Notes: a model not told the origin generated them from the letters alone. A stretch of DNA of 64,000 nt from Sediminibacterium sp. (GCA_044352855.1 JBILDC010000012.1:4892-68891); one strand, 5' to 3'. Positions 38,099 through 47,807 are shown, counted from the first letter of the stretch. A program made the numbers and translations.

Positions 38099-38872
38099 TT
38101 ACTTTTTTAAATAGATTCTCAATAAATATAATAATTCATGACATTGCTTTTGGGCAGGCTCAACTCTTATTTCATTAGAACGTTTAATTACATTATTCAT
38201 TCCTCCGGTGATATTGATAAAAGAGGACTCACTAAATGTATTTTCTTCTAATAGAAAAATACGATTCGGTAATTTTTTTAATGGTTTTGTATAAACAGAA
38301 TCTCCACTAATAATGGCATTGTCGTAATTAACTGCATATAAAATAGATTGATCAAAATATTTAAACCTGATAGGGTCTATGAATTGACTTAAAAAGTTTT
38401 CTTCCCTTAATTCTCTCGATTCTAATATTTTAGTAAAGTGACTATAGTTCTGTATGGCATTTATTAAATTATCATCCTCTATAAAGTTAAGCCTACCTGT
38501 ATTTTTAACCTCGTCAAGCGCCATATTATTAATATTTGGTATTGAACGATTAGAAATCTGACCTAGTAAAACATAGCTTTCTATTAAATGGCTCTTTAAT
38601 TCTCCTTTTACATAATGCTTTGAAATTATTTCGAATAAACTATCTACTTTTTTTCTTTTAGGTAATACGGTAGAAAAAAGAACCGAATCTTTTTGGATAT
38701 TAAGGTATAAAGTGTTTAAACTTTTTTCTGTTTTCTGAATTTCAACTTGATGCTCTCTTATATTTTCTGCAAAAAAACCTAATGTTACCGCGGTAAATAA
38801 AAGTAAAAATTCAAGAATGTATTCAGACCATTTCTTTTTATGTGTCGGGTGGTGTGGGTGATGTACTTCCAT
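38099..38872 (-). CDS. Hypothetical single-TM protein, MEVHHPHH paralog 1
   Basis: MEVHHPHHPTHKKKWSEY...TM...GFFAENIREH, then a helical domain. Confidence 0.75.
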   Translation of the reverse strand: MEVHHPHHPTHKKKWSEYILEFLLLFTAVTLGFFAENIREHQVEIQKTEKSLNTLYLNIQKDSVLFSTVLPKRKKVDSLFEIISKHYVKGELKSHLIESYVLLGQISNRSIPNINNMALDEVKNTGRLNFIEDDNLINAIQNYSHFTKILESRELREENFLSQFIDPIRFKYFDQSILYAVNYDNAIISGDSVYTKPLKKLPNRIFLLEENTFSESSFINITGGMNNVIKRSNEIRVEPAQKQCHELLYLLRIYLKK

Positions 38873-38896
38873 ATTTAATTAGAATTGATAATAGTT

Positions 38897-39664
38897 TTAG
38901 TTTTCGTTTAAATCTTCATTTAACAATTTAGTAAGTTCTTTGTTTTTTTCTTCAAATAATTTCATTAAATATAAATATATACCTACTCTGTCAATTGCTT
39001 TTTGATTGTAAATAATAAAATCTTTGGTTAATAATGATTTTTCAAAAAGTCCATTTGATACGTATAATTTTTTTAAAATAGTTATTTTATCTGATTCAGC
39101 TCTTTCAATTATACTTGTAAGTCGTCCTCCAGGTTTTGGCAATGTGTTTACTGTATAATATTCTACAACATCGTCAAGTATTTTATTATTATCGATTAAT
39201 TTAGCTCCGAACACTTCATAATAGTTTGATATAGTACGTTTTAATTCTATAGAGTTTATATTACTAAAGCTACCACTTGCAATTGTGTTTTTATAGGAAG
39301 AATTATTTATATAGAATGAAGTTCCAAATGTAATGCTATCACTTAGTAATAATGCTTTTTCTAAATATTCATTTTTTGATATTTTATTGAGCTGAAAGTC
39401 TACAAAAACTTCATTCAATCTATTTAAATAAATAAAAGCATACTTATACTCTAGAATTCTTTCTTGCAGTAATACTGAGTCTTTCTTTAAATCAAGTACA
39501 ACTGATTGTAGGTTTTGGTGTGTTTTGTGTTCAATTATTTGATGCTCTCTAACATTCTCTGCAAAAAATCCAAGTGTAACCGCAGCAAACAACATTACAA
39601 ACTCAATTATGTATTCTGACCACTTCTTTTTATGAGTTGGATGGTGTGGGTGATGTACTTCCAT
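38897..39664 (-). CDS. MEVHHPHH paralog 2
   Basis: Same N-terminal ~42 aa. Confidence 0.75.
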   Translation of the reverse strand: MEVHHPHHPTHKKKWSEYIIEFVMLFAAVTLGFFAENVREHQIIEHKTHQNLQSVVLDLKKDSVLLQERILEYKYAFIYLNRLNEVFVDFQLNKISKNEYLEKALLLSDSITFGTSFYINNSSYKNTIASGSFSNINSIELKRTISNYYEVFGAKLIDNNKILDDVVEYYTVNTLPKPGGRLTSIIERAESDKITILKKLYVSNGLFEKSLLTKDFIIYNQKAIDRVGIYLYLMKLFEEKNKELTKLLNEDLNEN

Positions 39665-39673
39665 ATAGTATAA

Positions 39674-40435
39674 TTAAAATTCTTTTTTATTCAATTGAGA
39701 AAGAAGTCTTGTGTTCAGCTCCTTAGCTGTTTGCATTACATATAGATAATAGCCACATCTACCCTCAATTTTATTTACTAATAATCTAAATTCTGGATCA
39801 ATAATTCTTTTTCTTAAAGCAGGAATAGATTTAAAATCTTCTACCTGCATAGAACTTGATCTTGTCTGGAAGGGGAATTTTTCATTTGAATTAATAACAA
39901 ATCCAAATCCAAAAGTTTTGCCAACAAATTCATTATAGTCATTGTCTAATAATGTATTGTTCACAACTAATTTGCCATATAAAGCTTCATAATACTCTGC
40001 AATAAGCTTTTTGGTTTCTTTATTTTTAATAAAACTTAAACTACCAGAGGAAATTGTATTTTTATATGAAGCATTGTTAATAAAGAGGGCTACACTAATT
40101 GTAGTATTTAAATATGCATTAAGTACTGAATCTATTAGCTTATTTTCATTCATTTCTTGATGACTAAATGCAAAAGACAAGTCTTTCATTTTCTCAAACT
40201 TTACCAAAGAATTACTGTGTTCATATATTCTTTTATTAATTTGAACTGAATCTTGTTTTAAATCATCAATCATAGCGATCAAATTCTGATTCTTATGATT
40301 ATCAATAATTTGATGTTCTCGTAAGTTCTCTGCGAAAAATCCAAGTGTAACAGCCGCAAATAACATTACAAATTCAATTATGTATTCTGACCACTTCTTT
40401 TTATGAGATGGATGGTGTGGATGATGTACTTCCAT
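39674..40435 (-). CDS. MEVHHPHH paralog 3
   Basis: Same N-terminal ~42 aa. Confidence 0.75.
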   Translation of the reverse strand: MEVHHPHHPSHKKKWSEYIIEFVMLFAAVTLGFFAENLREHQIIDNHKNQNLIAMIDDLKQDSVQINKRIYEHSNSLVKFEKMKDLSFAFSHQEMNENKLIDSVLNAYLNTTISVALFINNASYKNTISSGSLSFIKNKETKKLIAEYYEALYGKLVVNNTLLDNDYNEFVGKTFGFGFVINSNEKFPFQTRSSSMQVEDFKSIPALRKRIIDPEFRLLVNKIEGRCGYYLYVMQTAKELNTRLLSQLNKKEF

Positions 40436-40522
40436 TGATTAATTTATTATTATAGTTGAAAATAAGCTAATGTTTGCAATTTTACAATACCCTTAGAATT
40501 AAGGGTATATTATGCTTTAGTA

Positions 40523-41041
40523 TTAGTTTTCCACTTCCACTATCATCTCAATTTCCACTGCCATATTCAAGGGTAGTGCTACCATTCCAACGGCTGATCT
40601 CGCATGCTTACCCTTTTCTCCAAATACTGCTACCATTAAGTCCGAAAATCCATTGATTACCTTTGGTTGATCCGTAAAGCTTTCGGTACTATTGACCATA
40701 CCCAATACCTTCACAATTCTTTTTACTTTATTCAAATCCCCAACAGCATTCTTCAAATTTGCAATCATATTGATCCCTGTAATTCTTGCTGCTTCTTTGC
40801 CTTGTTCAATTGTCATGTCTTTTCCTAATTTCCCTCTAACATATCCTCCATCCTCTACCGCTGGTCCTGAACCTGAAAAATAAATCAAGTTCCCAGTTCT
40901 AACATAAGTCACATAATTCGCAATAGGAGCCGATTGCTTGGGAAGGATGATGCCAAGCGCTTTTAAATTGTCTTCTGGGCTTTGTGCTTCACTGTATATG
41001 TTAAACAATAAGAAAGCAAAGAGTAGGTAGTATTTTTTCAT
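40523..41041 (-). CDS. RidA/YjgF-family protein with signal peptide
   Basis: ANYVTYVRTGNLIYFSG, INGFSDL...GKHARSAVG, AVEIEMIVE. Confidence 0.9.
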   Translation of the reverse strand: MKKYYLLFAFLLFNIYSEAQSPEDNLKALGIILPKQSAPIANYVTYVRTGNLIYFSGSGPAVEDGGYVRGKLGKDMTIEQGKEAARITGINMIANLKNAVGDLNKVKRIVKVLGMVNSTESFTDQPKVINGFSDLMVAVFGEKGKHARSAVGMVALPLNMAVEIEMIVEVEN

Positions 41042-41118
41042 CAGTATTTTTATTTATCCATAAATTTATAATATATTTTTATTTTATTTGCTTTAGTTAT
41101 ACCATTTAAATTTTTTCT

Positions 41119-41589
41119 ATGCTTGAATCCTTACAAATTGTTGAATACAGTCCTGAGTATCGTTCTGCTTTTTCTAATTTAAATAAAGAGTGGATTTCCA
41201 AATATTTCGTAAAGGAGGAAACTGATTATAAGGCTTTAGATCACCCAGACACCTATATCATTGACAAAGGAGGCTATATCTTGGTGGCATTATATAATCA
41301 AGCGCCCATAGGTGTTTGCGCTTTAATCAAGATGAACGATTCAGACTATGATTATGAATTATCTAAGATGGCTGTTTCGACAGTAGCGCAAGGAAAAAAA
41401 ATTGGATGGAAGCTAGCAGAAGCAATTATAGAAAAGGCAAGAAAACTAGGCGCTAAAAAGCTTTATTTAGAAAGTAATACCATTTTAGAACCTGCAATAA
41501 ATTTATATCGAAAATTAGGTTTTACAGAAGTGGTTGGCAGACAATCTGCTTATGAAAGGGCCAATATAAAAATGGAACTAATTTTATAA
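41119..41589 (+). CDS. GNAT N-acetyltransferase
   Basis: ELSKMAV...AQGKKIG, AINLYRKLGF. Confidence 0.9.
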   Translation: MLESLQIVEYSPEYRSAFSNLNKEWISKYFVKEETDYKALDHPDTYIIDKGGYILVALYNQAPIGVCALIKMNDSDYDYELSKMAVSTVAQGKKIGWKLAEAIIEKARKLGAKKLYLESNTILEPAINLYRKLGFTEVVGRQSAYERANIKMELIL

Positions 41590-41648
41590 CTTCAATCATA
41601 AGTAGCCATTTGAGCCTACTTATTTGTAATTTTAAAAAAACCAAATTC

Positions 41649-42935
41649 ATGAAAAAATCAATTTTAACGCTGGCTGTTTTTATAAGCTTGATGGGAAATG
41701 CACAAGAGTTACCTAAAAACTTTAATGAACTAGTTAAAAATATTGAACCTCAGCTAATTGGCTGGCGTCATCATTTTCATGAATTTCCAGAACTATCTAA
41801 TAGAGAATTTAACACTGGTAAATATATCGCAGACTACTTACGCTCTGTTGGTTTAGAAGTAAAGTATCCTATTGCTAAAACGGGCGTAGTCGCAATTTTA
41901 AAAGGAAATAAGCCAGGTCCAGTGATTGGATTGAGAGCAGACATTGATGCTTTACCCGTTACAGAGAGGGCCCCAATCCCTTTTGCATCGAAGGTAAAGG
42001 CTGAATACAATGGCCAACAAGTGAGTGTCATGCATGCTTGTGGACATGATGCCCACACAGCTATATTAATGGCGACTGCTAAAGCTTTAAAAGAAATGCA
42101 AAAGGACCTCGCAGGTACAGTTGTTTTTTTATTCCAACCAGCCGAGGAAGGTGCTCCAAATAATGAAGAAGGTGGCGCCCCATTGATGATTAAAGAAGGC
42201 GCAATGGACGCTCCAAAATTAGAAGTGGTATTTGGCTTACACATGGCTGCACAATTACCTACCGGGATGCTAGCTTATAAGTCTGGTGCTGCACAAGCAT
42301 CTTCTGATTTATTTAAAATTGTAGTAAATGGAAAGGGAAGTCATGGCGCCATGCCTTGGGGAAGTATTGATCCAATTGTTGTGTCTGCTCAAATTATTGA
42401 AGGCTTGCAACATATTGTAAGTAGACAGTCCGATTTAACAAAAGCACCATTGGTGATTTCAGTGGGTTCTTTACATAGTGGTGTTAGAGCGAATATCATA
42501 CCGGAAACTGCTCAAATGGAAGGCACCATTCGTTCCTTAGATGCGACTATGCGCAAGGAGACCCATGAAAAGATTCGCCAAACAGCGAAGTCAATAGCAG
42601 CAGCCTCTGGCGCAACTGCAGAAGTTGAAATTAAAACGCAAACATTGGTGAACTACAATGATCCTATATTAGCTAAAAAATCAGTTTTATCTTTAAATAA
42701 AGTGGCAGGTCCAGATAATGTGTATGAAGCAAATTGGACAACTGCAGCAGAGGATTTTTCTTTTTATGGCGAAAAAACACCTACTTTCTTTTTTAGTTTA
42801 GGTGGCATGGAGAAAGGTAAAAAAGCAAGTGAAGTAGGTGGTCATCATACGCCAGATTTTTATTTAGATGAATCTGGTTTTATCAATGGCGTGAAAGCAT
42901 TTTGTAATTTAGTATTTGATTACAATAAGAAATAA
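41649..42935 (+). CDS. M20D amidohydrolase/peptidase
   Basis: HEFPELS, RADIDALP, MHACGHD, FQPAEEG, EDFSFY; ATG at 41649. Confidence 0.92.
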   Translation: MKKSILTLAVFISLMGNAQELPKNFNELVKNIEPQLIGWRHHFHEFPELSNREFNTGKYIADYLRSVGLEVKYPIAKTGVVAILKGNKPGPVIGLRADIDALPVTERAPIPFASKVKAEYNGQQVSVMHACGHDAHTAILMATAKALKEMQKDLAGTVVFLFQPAEEGAPNNEEGGAPLMIKEGAMDAPKLEVVFGLHMAAQLPTGMLAYKSGAAQASSDLFKIVVNGKGSHGAMPWGSIDPIVVSAQIIEGLQHIVSRQSDLTKAPLVISVGSLHSGVRANIIPETAQMEGTIRSLDATMRKETHEKIRQTAKSIAAASGATAEVEIKTQTLVNYNDPILAKKSVLSLNKVAGPDNVYEANWTTAAEDFSFYGEKTPTFFFSLGGMEKGKKASEVGGHHTPDFYLDESGFINGVKAFCNLVFDYNKK

Positions 42936-42968
42936 AATAAAATGAATTGCATAGACAACTTAGTTTGG

Positions 42969-44105
42969 CTAGTCTCTTGATTGTATTAATGTAAATTTTC
43001 TTTTTAGTTTCAAAAACGGTTGTTCAAAAAAGTGGTAAGATAAAGTAGCAAATATTACTGTGAATATAAATGCTATGATAATACCCAATTCATTTTTCCA
43101 TTCATATAATCCAATCGTTTTACTAAAGTCAGACAATTCAACTTTAAATATGCTAAAGATTATCCAATACATAGTAATATGAGAAACGTACATTCCATAA
43201 GAAATACGTCCAAGATAAACCAGGGGTTTGGGCATAAACTTTGCAGAGGACCCATAAAAGGATATAAAGAAACATATTACTCCAACGAGTATTAAAAGCC
43301 AACCCATGATTGATTTTGTCGTTGATGCAAGATGAGGAGCGTCTGCATTTATTTCACAAACCATCGATGCTATTAACCAACAAGCATAGCCTATAAAAAA
43401 TAATACAATACGTGAAAAGAAATTGTATTTGGGTTCCCAACCTTTTACAAAAATTGAAAATAATATTCCTGCTGAGAAAAATTGAAATTGAACAAAACTG
43501 TTTGTCCACTGTCCGCTAAATTTTTCTGTAGGACTTTGTGCATAATAGATAATAGCAATGTATGCAAATATAAATGCACAAAAAGAGAAAACTTTTAATC
43601 CTTTCTTACCAGTATAATATAAGACTAAGGGTAGCAAAATATAAAGTTGTTCTTCAACAGATACACTCCATAGTGGATTGATACAATAGGATTGCCATTT
43701 ATTAAATGTTATGTACCAGTTACCTGAAAAAAAAGTGAATGCTAATTGAGCGTTCAACGGAATAGGTGTTCCAAAAATACTAGTAGTAGATGTTAGTAAT
43801 ACTATTGAAAAAAAGAAAACGAAATATAAAGGCCAGATACGTAGCATTCGTCTAATGTAAAATGATTTAATACTTATTGTGCCAAATTTTTGCTGCTCTC
43901 GATTAAGAAGTTCAGTAATTAAAAATGCACTCAAAAAAAAGAATAAGGGCACACCATAATTACCTACTAAGCTAAAATGATAAGCCCAATAATATTCTGC
44001 AGGGTTAATGGAAGCGAGGTCTAGTCTATGAACAAAGAATACAAAAAGAAATGCACAAAGACGAAGTACATCTAACTCAGGTTTGTAATAACGTTCTGTT
44101 TTCAA
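42969..44105 (-). CDS. Acyltransferase family 3 (OafA-like)
   Basis: LDVLRLCA, FFFLSAFLIT, RRMLRIWPLY, WSVSVEEQ, LGRISYGMY, FFEQP. Confidence 0.9.
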   Translation of the reverse strand: MKTERYYKPELDVLRLCAFLFVFFVHRLDLASINPAEYYWAYHFSLVGNYGVPLFFFLSAFLITELLNREQQKFGTISIKSFYIRRMLRIWPLYFVFFFSIVLLTSTTSIFGTPIPLNAQLAFTFFSGNWYITFNKWQSYCINPLWSVSVEEQLYILLPLVLYYTGKKGLKVFSFCAFIFAYIAIIYYAQSPTEKFSGQWTNSFVQFQFFSAGILFSIFVKGWEPKYNFFSRIVLFFIGYACWLIASMVCEINADAPHLASTTKSIMGWLLILVGVICFFISFYGSSAKFMPKPLVYLGRISYGMYVSHITMYWIIFSIFKVELSDFSKTIGLYEWKNELGIIIAFIFTVIFATLSYHFFEQPFLKLKRKFTLIQSRD

Positions 44106-44310
44106 AGGTTTAGTTTTAAAGTTTATTTTACTAGATTTTGTAATGCTATATTTTTAATTAGTTATAAATATAATAAACACGGCCCGGAACCTAGCCGAGA
44201 TTATTGTTACTATAATACTAAATTTACATCTAAGTCTGTAGATAATTCTAAGTTATCCAAGTAGTGAAGGGTAGTGGTACGAGGGTAAAGGGTAATTTCA
44301 ATTTTTATCA

Positions 44311-45081
44311 TCAATGCATCTCTGATCTTAATAATTTTAACAGTTTATCATTATTCTTTTTGGCATTTAATAAACTAATACGATAAATGAATATCCAATT
44401 ATAATATTTTTGTACTTCATAGATAAATTCATCTGATTGTAAAATATTTTTTGTTTTATTTAGGCTCATCATAAAATCTTGATAACCTTCCTTACTGTTA
44501 GTTAAGTACTCTTTTGAGAAATTTTCATTTTTTCTAATTAATTTTCCAACACCAATGGGTAAGTAATTATTAAATGCAGTACCAACTTGATCAAAAAATT
44601 CATTTGCAGCCTCTATTCCTTTGAAGTTTACTTCGTAGTAGGATGCTAATGTATTTTTTAACTCACCTTCATCCAAATAACTTAGTAGGCCACTTGACTG
44701 CATATTTTTAAATGAACTATTATTCACATAAAGTGTAGTAGAATAGGCAATTAAATTATCAAACTTTTTTATCGAATCAATTAATTGATTTTGATTAATT
44801 TTATTTGTTTTGGCCAGATACAAGATATTATTCAATCTATTAAATGTATAAATACATGAGTCTTCTATTGCAAGTGCACTTGAAATATTAATAGAATCTG
44901 CTTGTAAATCTTTTAGAATAGTAATCTTATTTTGCTCTACCCGATGGCTCATAATCTGATGCTCTCTTATATTTTCTGCGAGAAATCCTAAGGTAACAGC
45001 AGTAAAAAGCATTACAAACTCAATAATATATTCTGACCATTTCTTTTTGTGCGTTGGATGATGTGGGTGATGTACTTCCAT
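44311..45081 (-). CDS. MEVHHPHH paralog 4
   Basis: Same N-terminus; shares upstream attatagttgaaaataag(c/a)taatgtt with paralog 3. Confidence 0.75.
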   Translation of the reverse strand: MEVHHPHHPTHKKKWSEYIIEFVMLFTAVTLGFLAENIREHQIMSHRVEQNKITILKDLQADSINISSALAIEDSCIYTFNRLNNILYLAKTNKINQNQLIDSIKKFDNLIAYSTTLYVNNSSFKNMQSSGLLSYLDEGELKNTLASYYEVNFKGIEAANEFFDQVGTAFNNYLPIGVGKLIRKNENFSKEYLTNSKEGYQDFMMSLNKTKNILQSDEFIYEVQKYYNWIFIYRISLLNAKKNNDKLLKLLRSEMH

Positions 45082-45201
45082 GTTTTTATATTATAGTTGA
45101 AAATAAGATAATGTTCTCAATTCCACACCTTCACCTCCATTCACACCTGTTTTCCTTTTAAAAACACAAAACCTGGCCCGAACTTGGCCAAGAATTACCC
45201 C

Positions 45202-45240
45202 AAACAAAAAGGGTCTACGCTTTTGACAGCATAAACCCTT
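45202..45240 (-). terminator. Intrinsic terminator downstream of tRNA(CAU)
   Basis: On minus strand: aagggtttatgc-loop-gcgtagaccctt followed by a T-rich run. Confidence 0.7.
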
Positions 45241-45261
45241 GAAAATCTTGCCTTTCGGCTG

Positions 45262-45335
45262 TGGGCCCACCTGGGCATGATCCAGGGACCCCCTGATTAT
45301 GAGTCAGGTGCTCTAACCAACTGAGCTATAGGCCC
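45262..45335 (-). tRNA. tRNA with CAT anticodon, most likely tRNA-Ile2 (lysidine-modified)
   Basis: GGGCCTA/TGGGCCC acceptor stem, D-arm GCTCAGTTGGTTAGAGC, anticodon arm CCTGA-CTCATAA-TCAGG, T-stem CCTGG/CCAGG with atypical loop ATCATGC. Ile2 versus Met is inferred from the acceptor stem. Confidence 0.9.
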
Positions 45336-45355
45336 GCATCTTTCGATGTAGGCGG

Positions 45356-45363
45356 CAAAAGTA
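45356..45363 (-). promoter_or_regulatory. Bacteroidota -7 promoter element for tRNA(CAU)
   Basis: TACTTTTG on minus strand matches TAnnTTTG. Confidence 0.6.
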
Positions 45364-45407
45364 CTAATTTTTAACCTTTTTTAAAGGTATCTACCCTTTT
45401 TTTCTGC

Positions 45408-45415
45408 TATTTTTG
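45408..45415 (+). promoter_or_regulatory. -7 promoter element immediately before ATG 45420
   Basis: TATTTTTG matches TAnnTTTG. Confidence 0.55.
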
Positions 45416-45419
45416 CGGG

Positions 45420-46160
45420 ATGAAGAAAGTTATTTTATCAGTCGTTTCCATTTTATTCTTTGGCATGTTTTTAAATGCCCAAACAGCCGCAACTACAGGG
45501 AGTAAAAAATTAGACCTTACAGGCCGCCCAGCCGATCATTTCATGTTCCAATTTGGTACCGATATTTGGACAAACCGTCCAGACAGTGTTAATGTAGGAG
45601 GTGGTTTAAGCCGTCACTTCAATTTGTACTTTATGTACGATAAACCTTTTGCTACAAATCCTAAGTATTCTGTGGCCTTCGGAGCAGGTATAGGAACTAC
45701 TAATATTTTCTTTGATAACCGCACTTTTGTAGATGTAAAATCTCCAGCGAACACTTTACCTTTTCGTAAAATAGATGCAGTTTCGAATCACTTTTCTAAA
45801 TTTAAAGTAACTACTGTTTATTTTGAAATACCGGTAGAGTTAAGATATTTTAGCAATCCTGCACATCCGGGTAAATCTTGGAAAGCCGCTGCAGGCTTTA
45901 AGTTGGGAACTTTATTAAAGTCTTACTCTAAAGGTAAAAATATGGTAAACAGTAATGGCAACTCTATTAATGGTAAAGCCTATATTCAAAAAGATCAAAA
46001 CAAACGCTTTTTTAATGCAACCGATATTGCATTAACAGCAAGAGGGGGTTATGGTATATTTTCATTAGATCTAGGCTATCAAGTAAACGGAGTTTTGCGC
46101 GATGGTTATGGCCCGCTTATGAATAAGTTCTCTGTAGGTTTCACGATTAGTGGCTTATAG
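45420..46160 (+). CDS. Outer-membrane beta-barrel (porin/PorT-like family) protein
   Basis: Signal peptide; YFEIPVELRY, GFKLGTLL, FSVGFTISGL. Confidence 0.8.
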   Translation: MKKVILSVVSILFFGMFLNAQTAATTGSKKLDLTGRPADHFMFQFGTDIWTNRPDSVNVGGGLSRHFNLYFMYDKPFATNPKYSVAFGAGIGTTNIFFDNRTFVDVKSPANTLPFRKIDAVSNHFSKFKVTTVYFEIPVELRYFSNPAHPGKSWKAAAGFKLGTLLKSYSKGKNMVNSNGNSINGKAYIQKDQNKRFFNATDIALTARGGYGIFSLDLGYQVNGVLRDGYGPLMNKFSVGFTISGL

Positions 46161-46180
46161 TAATTAATATAATATTTACG

Positions 46181-46208
46181 AAACCCTCTATAACGGAGGG
46201 TTTTTTTA
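46181..46208 (+). terminator. Intrinsic terminator
   Basis: aaaccctc-tataacg-gagggttt followed by a T-run. Confidence 0.8.
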
Positions 46209-46227
46209 TGGACCTAATGGATTAACC

Positions 46228-46235
46228 TATCTTTG
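46228..46235 (+). promoter_or_regulatory. -7 promoter element of hflX
   Basis: TATCTTTG, 15 nt before TTG 46251. Confidence 0.6.
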
Positions 46236-46250
46236 TAAAAACAAGTAAAG

Positions 46251-47441
46251 TTGATAGAGAAAAAGAAAATATTTAAGAAGGAAGAGAAGTCGGTACTAGT
46301 GAGTGTCATACAGAAAGATCAAACTGAAGCACAGGTAGATGAATATTTAGATGAGTTAGCTTTTTTAGCAGAAACAGCAGGGGCTACTACTTTAAAATCG
46401 TTCAAGCAAAGACTACCGCATCCCGACTCTAGAACTTTTGTGGGCAAGGGAAAGCTAGAAGAAATAAAACAATATGTTGCGCAAAAAGATATCGACGTAG
46501 TTATTTTTGATGATGAATTATCAGGCTCTCAAATTACCAATATTGAAAAAGAAGTAAAGTGCAGGGTCATTGATAGAAGTGATTTAATCTTAGACATATT
46601 TGCGGCGCGTGCAAGAACGGCGCAAGCTAAAGTGCAAGTAGAGTTAGCACAGTATCAATATATATTACCCCGCTTAAAAGGTATGTGGACGCATTTGGAA
46701 AGACAAGGTGCGGGTATTGGATCGAGAGGTCCGGGAGAAACAGAAATTGAAACGGATCGTCGTATCGTAAAAGATAAAATTTCTTTACTACGCAAACGCT
46801 TACTTGAAATTGATAAGCAAGCCTTCACACAAAGAAAAGAAAGAGGAGAGTTTATACGCGTGGCGCTAGTGGGCTATACCAATGTGGGTAAGAGTACCAT
46901 TATGAATTTAGTTAGCAAGAGTGATGTGTTTGCTGAAAATAAATTATTCGCCACCCTTGATACCACTACGCGTAAAGTAGTTTTTGAGAACACGCCTTTT
47001 TTATTAAGTGACACAGTTGGGTTTATTAGAAAATTGCCACATCATTTAGTAGAAAGTTTTAAAAGTACTTTAGATGAAGTAAGAGAGGCCGATGTATTAT
47101 TACATGTAGTAGATGTTTCTCATGCGCAGTATGAAGACCAAATAGGTGTGGTGAATAAAACTTTGCAAGAATTAAAAGCATTTGATAAACCTATCATTAC
47201 CATTTTCAATAAAATGGATTTATACAAAGAAAAATATTTTGATGAGTGGATATCGGATGAAGTCAAACAAGATTTACTCATTGAATTAAAAGATAAGTGG
47301 AACGGCATTACCAATAACCAAGCTGTTTTTATTAGCGCTATAGAAAAACAAAATATTGAAGAATTAAGAACTGTTATTTTACATAAAGTAAGAGACATGT
47401 ATCAAATAAGATTCCCTTATAAAACTGTTTATTATACCTAA
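46251..47441 (+). CDS. hflX: Ribosome-splitting GTPase HflX
   Basis: GPGETEIETDRR, VGYTNVGKST, LFATLDTT, DTVGFIRKLPH, NKMD. Confidence 0.97.
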   Translation: MIEKKKIFKKEEKSVLVSVIQKDQTEAQVDEYLDELAFLAETAGATTLKSFKQRLPHPDSRTFVGKGKLEEIKQYVAQKDIDVVIFDDELSGSQITNIEKEVKCRVIDRSDLILDIFAARARTAQAKVQVELAQYQYILPRLKGMWTHLERQGAGIGSRGPGETEIETDRRIVKDKISLLRKRLLEIDKQAFTQRKERGEFIRVALVGYTNVGKSTIMNLVSKSDVFAENKLFATLDTTTRKVVFENTPFLLSDTVGFIRKLPHHLVESFKSTLDEVREADVLLHVVDVSHAQYEDQIGVVNKTLQELKAFDKPIITIFNKMDLYKEKYFDEWISDEVKQDLLIELKDKWNGITNNQAVFISAIEKQNIEELRTVILHKVRDMYQIRFPYKTVYYT

Positions 47442-47782
47442 TGAGTAAGTTGGACTGGAAATTAATTACCGATGCGCCATTAAGCTTGAACTGGGCTGAA
47501 AATAATATGGTAGAATTGGAGGTAGAAGGCAAGCAATTTACCCTAGCAAAATGGAAGGAAGGATACTTAGCTTTTGCAAGCAAATGTCCACATGCCAGTG
47601 GTCGCATGTCACAGGGCTATATTAACCCTTTGGGCCAGGTGGTTTGTCCATTACATAGATATTGTTTTGATATGAAAAATGGCCGAAATACAAGCGGCGA
47701 GGGCTATTTTTTGAAAACCTACCCCATTGAGTTAAGAGAAGAGGGTCTTTTTATTGGTTTTCAGTCATTTTCTTTGTTTTAA
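47441..47782 (+). CDS. Rieske 2Fe-2S ferredoxin
   Basis: CPH...CPLH ligands; TAATG overlap with the hflX stop. Confidence 0.9.
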   Translation: MSKLDWKLITDAPLSLNWAENNMVELEVEGKQFTLAKWKEGYLAFASKCPHASGRMSQGYINPLGQVVCPLHRYCFDMKNGRNTSGEGYFLKTYPIELREEGLFIGFQSFSLF

Positions 47783-47807
47783 TGTTTTGTTCTTAACTAA
47801 ATTTTAT

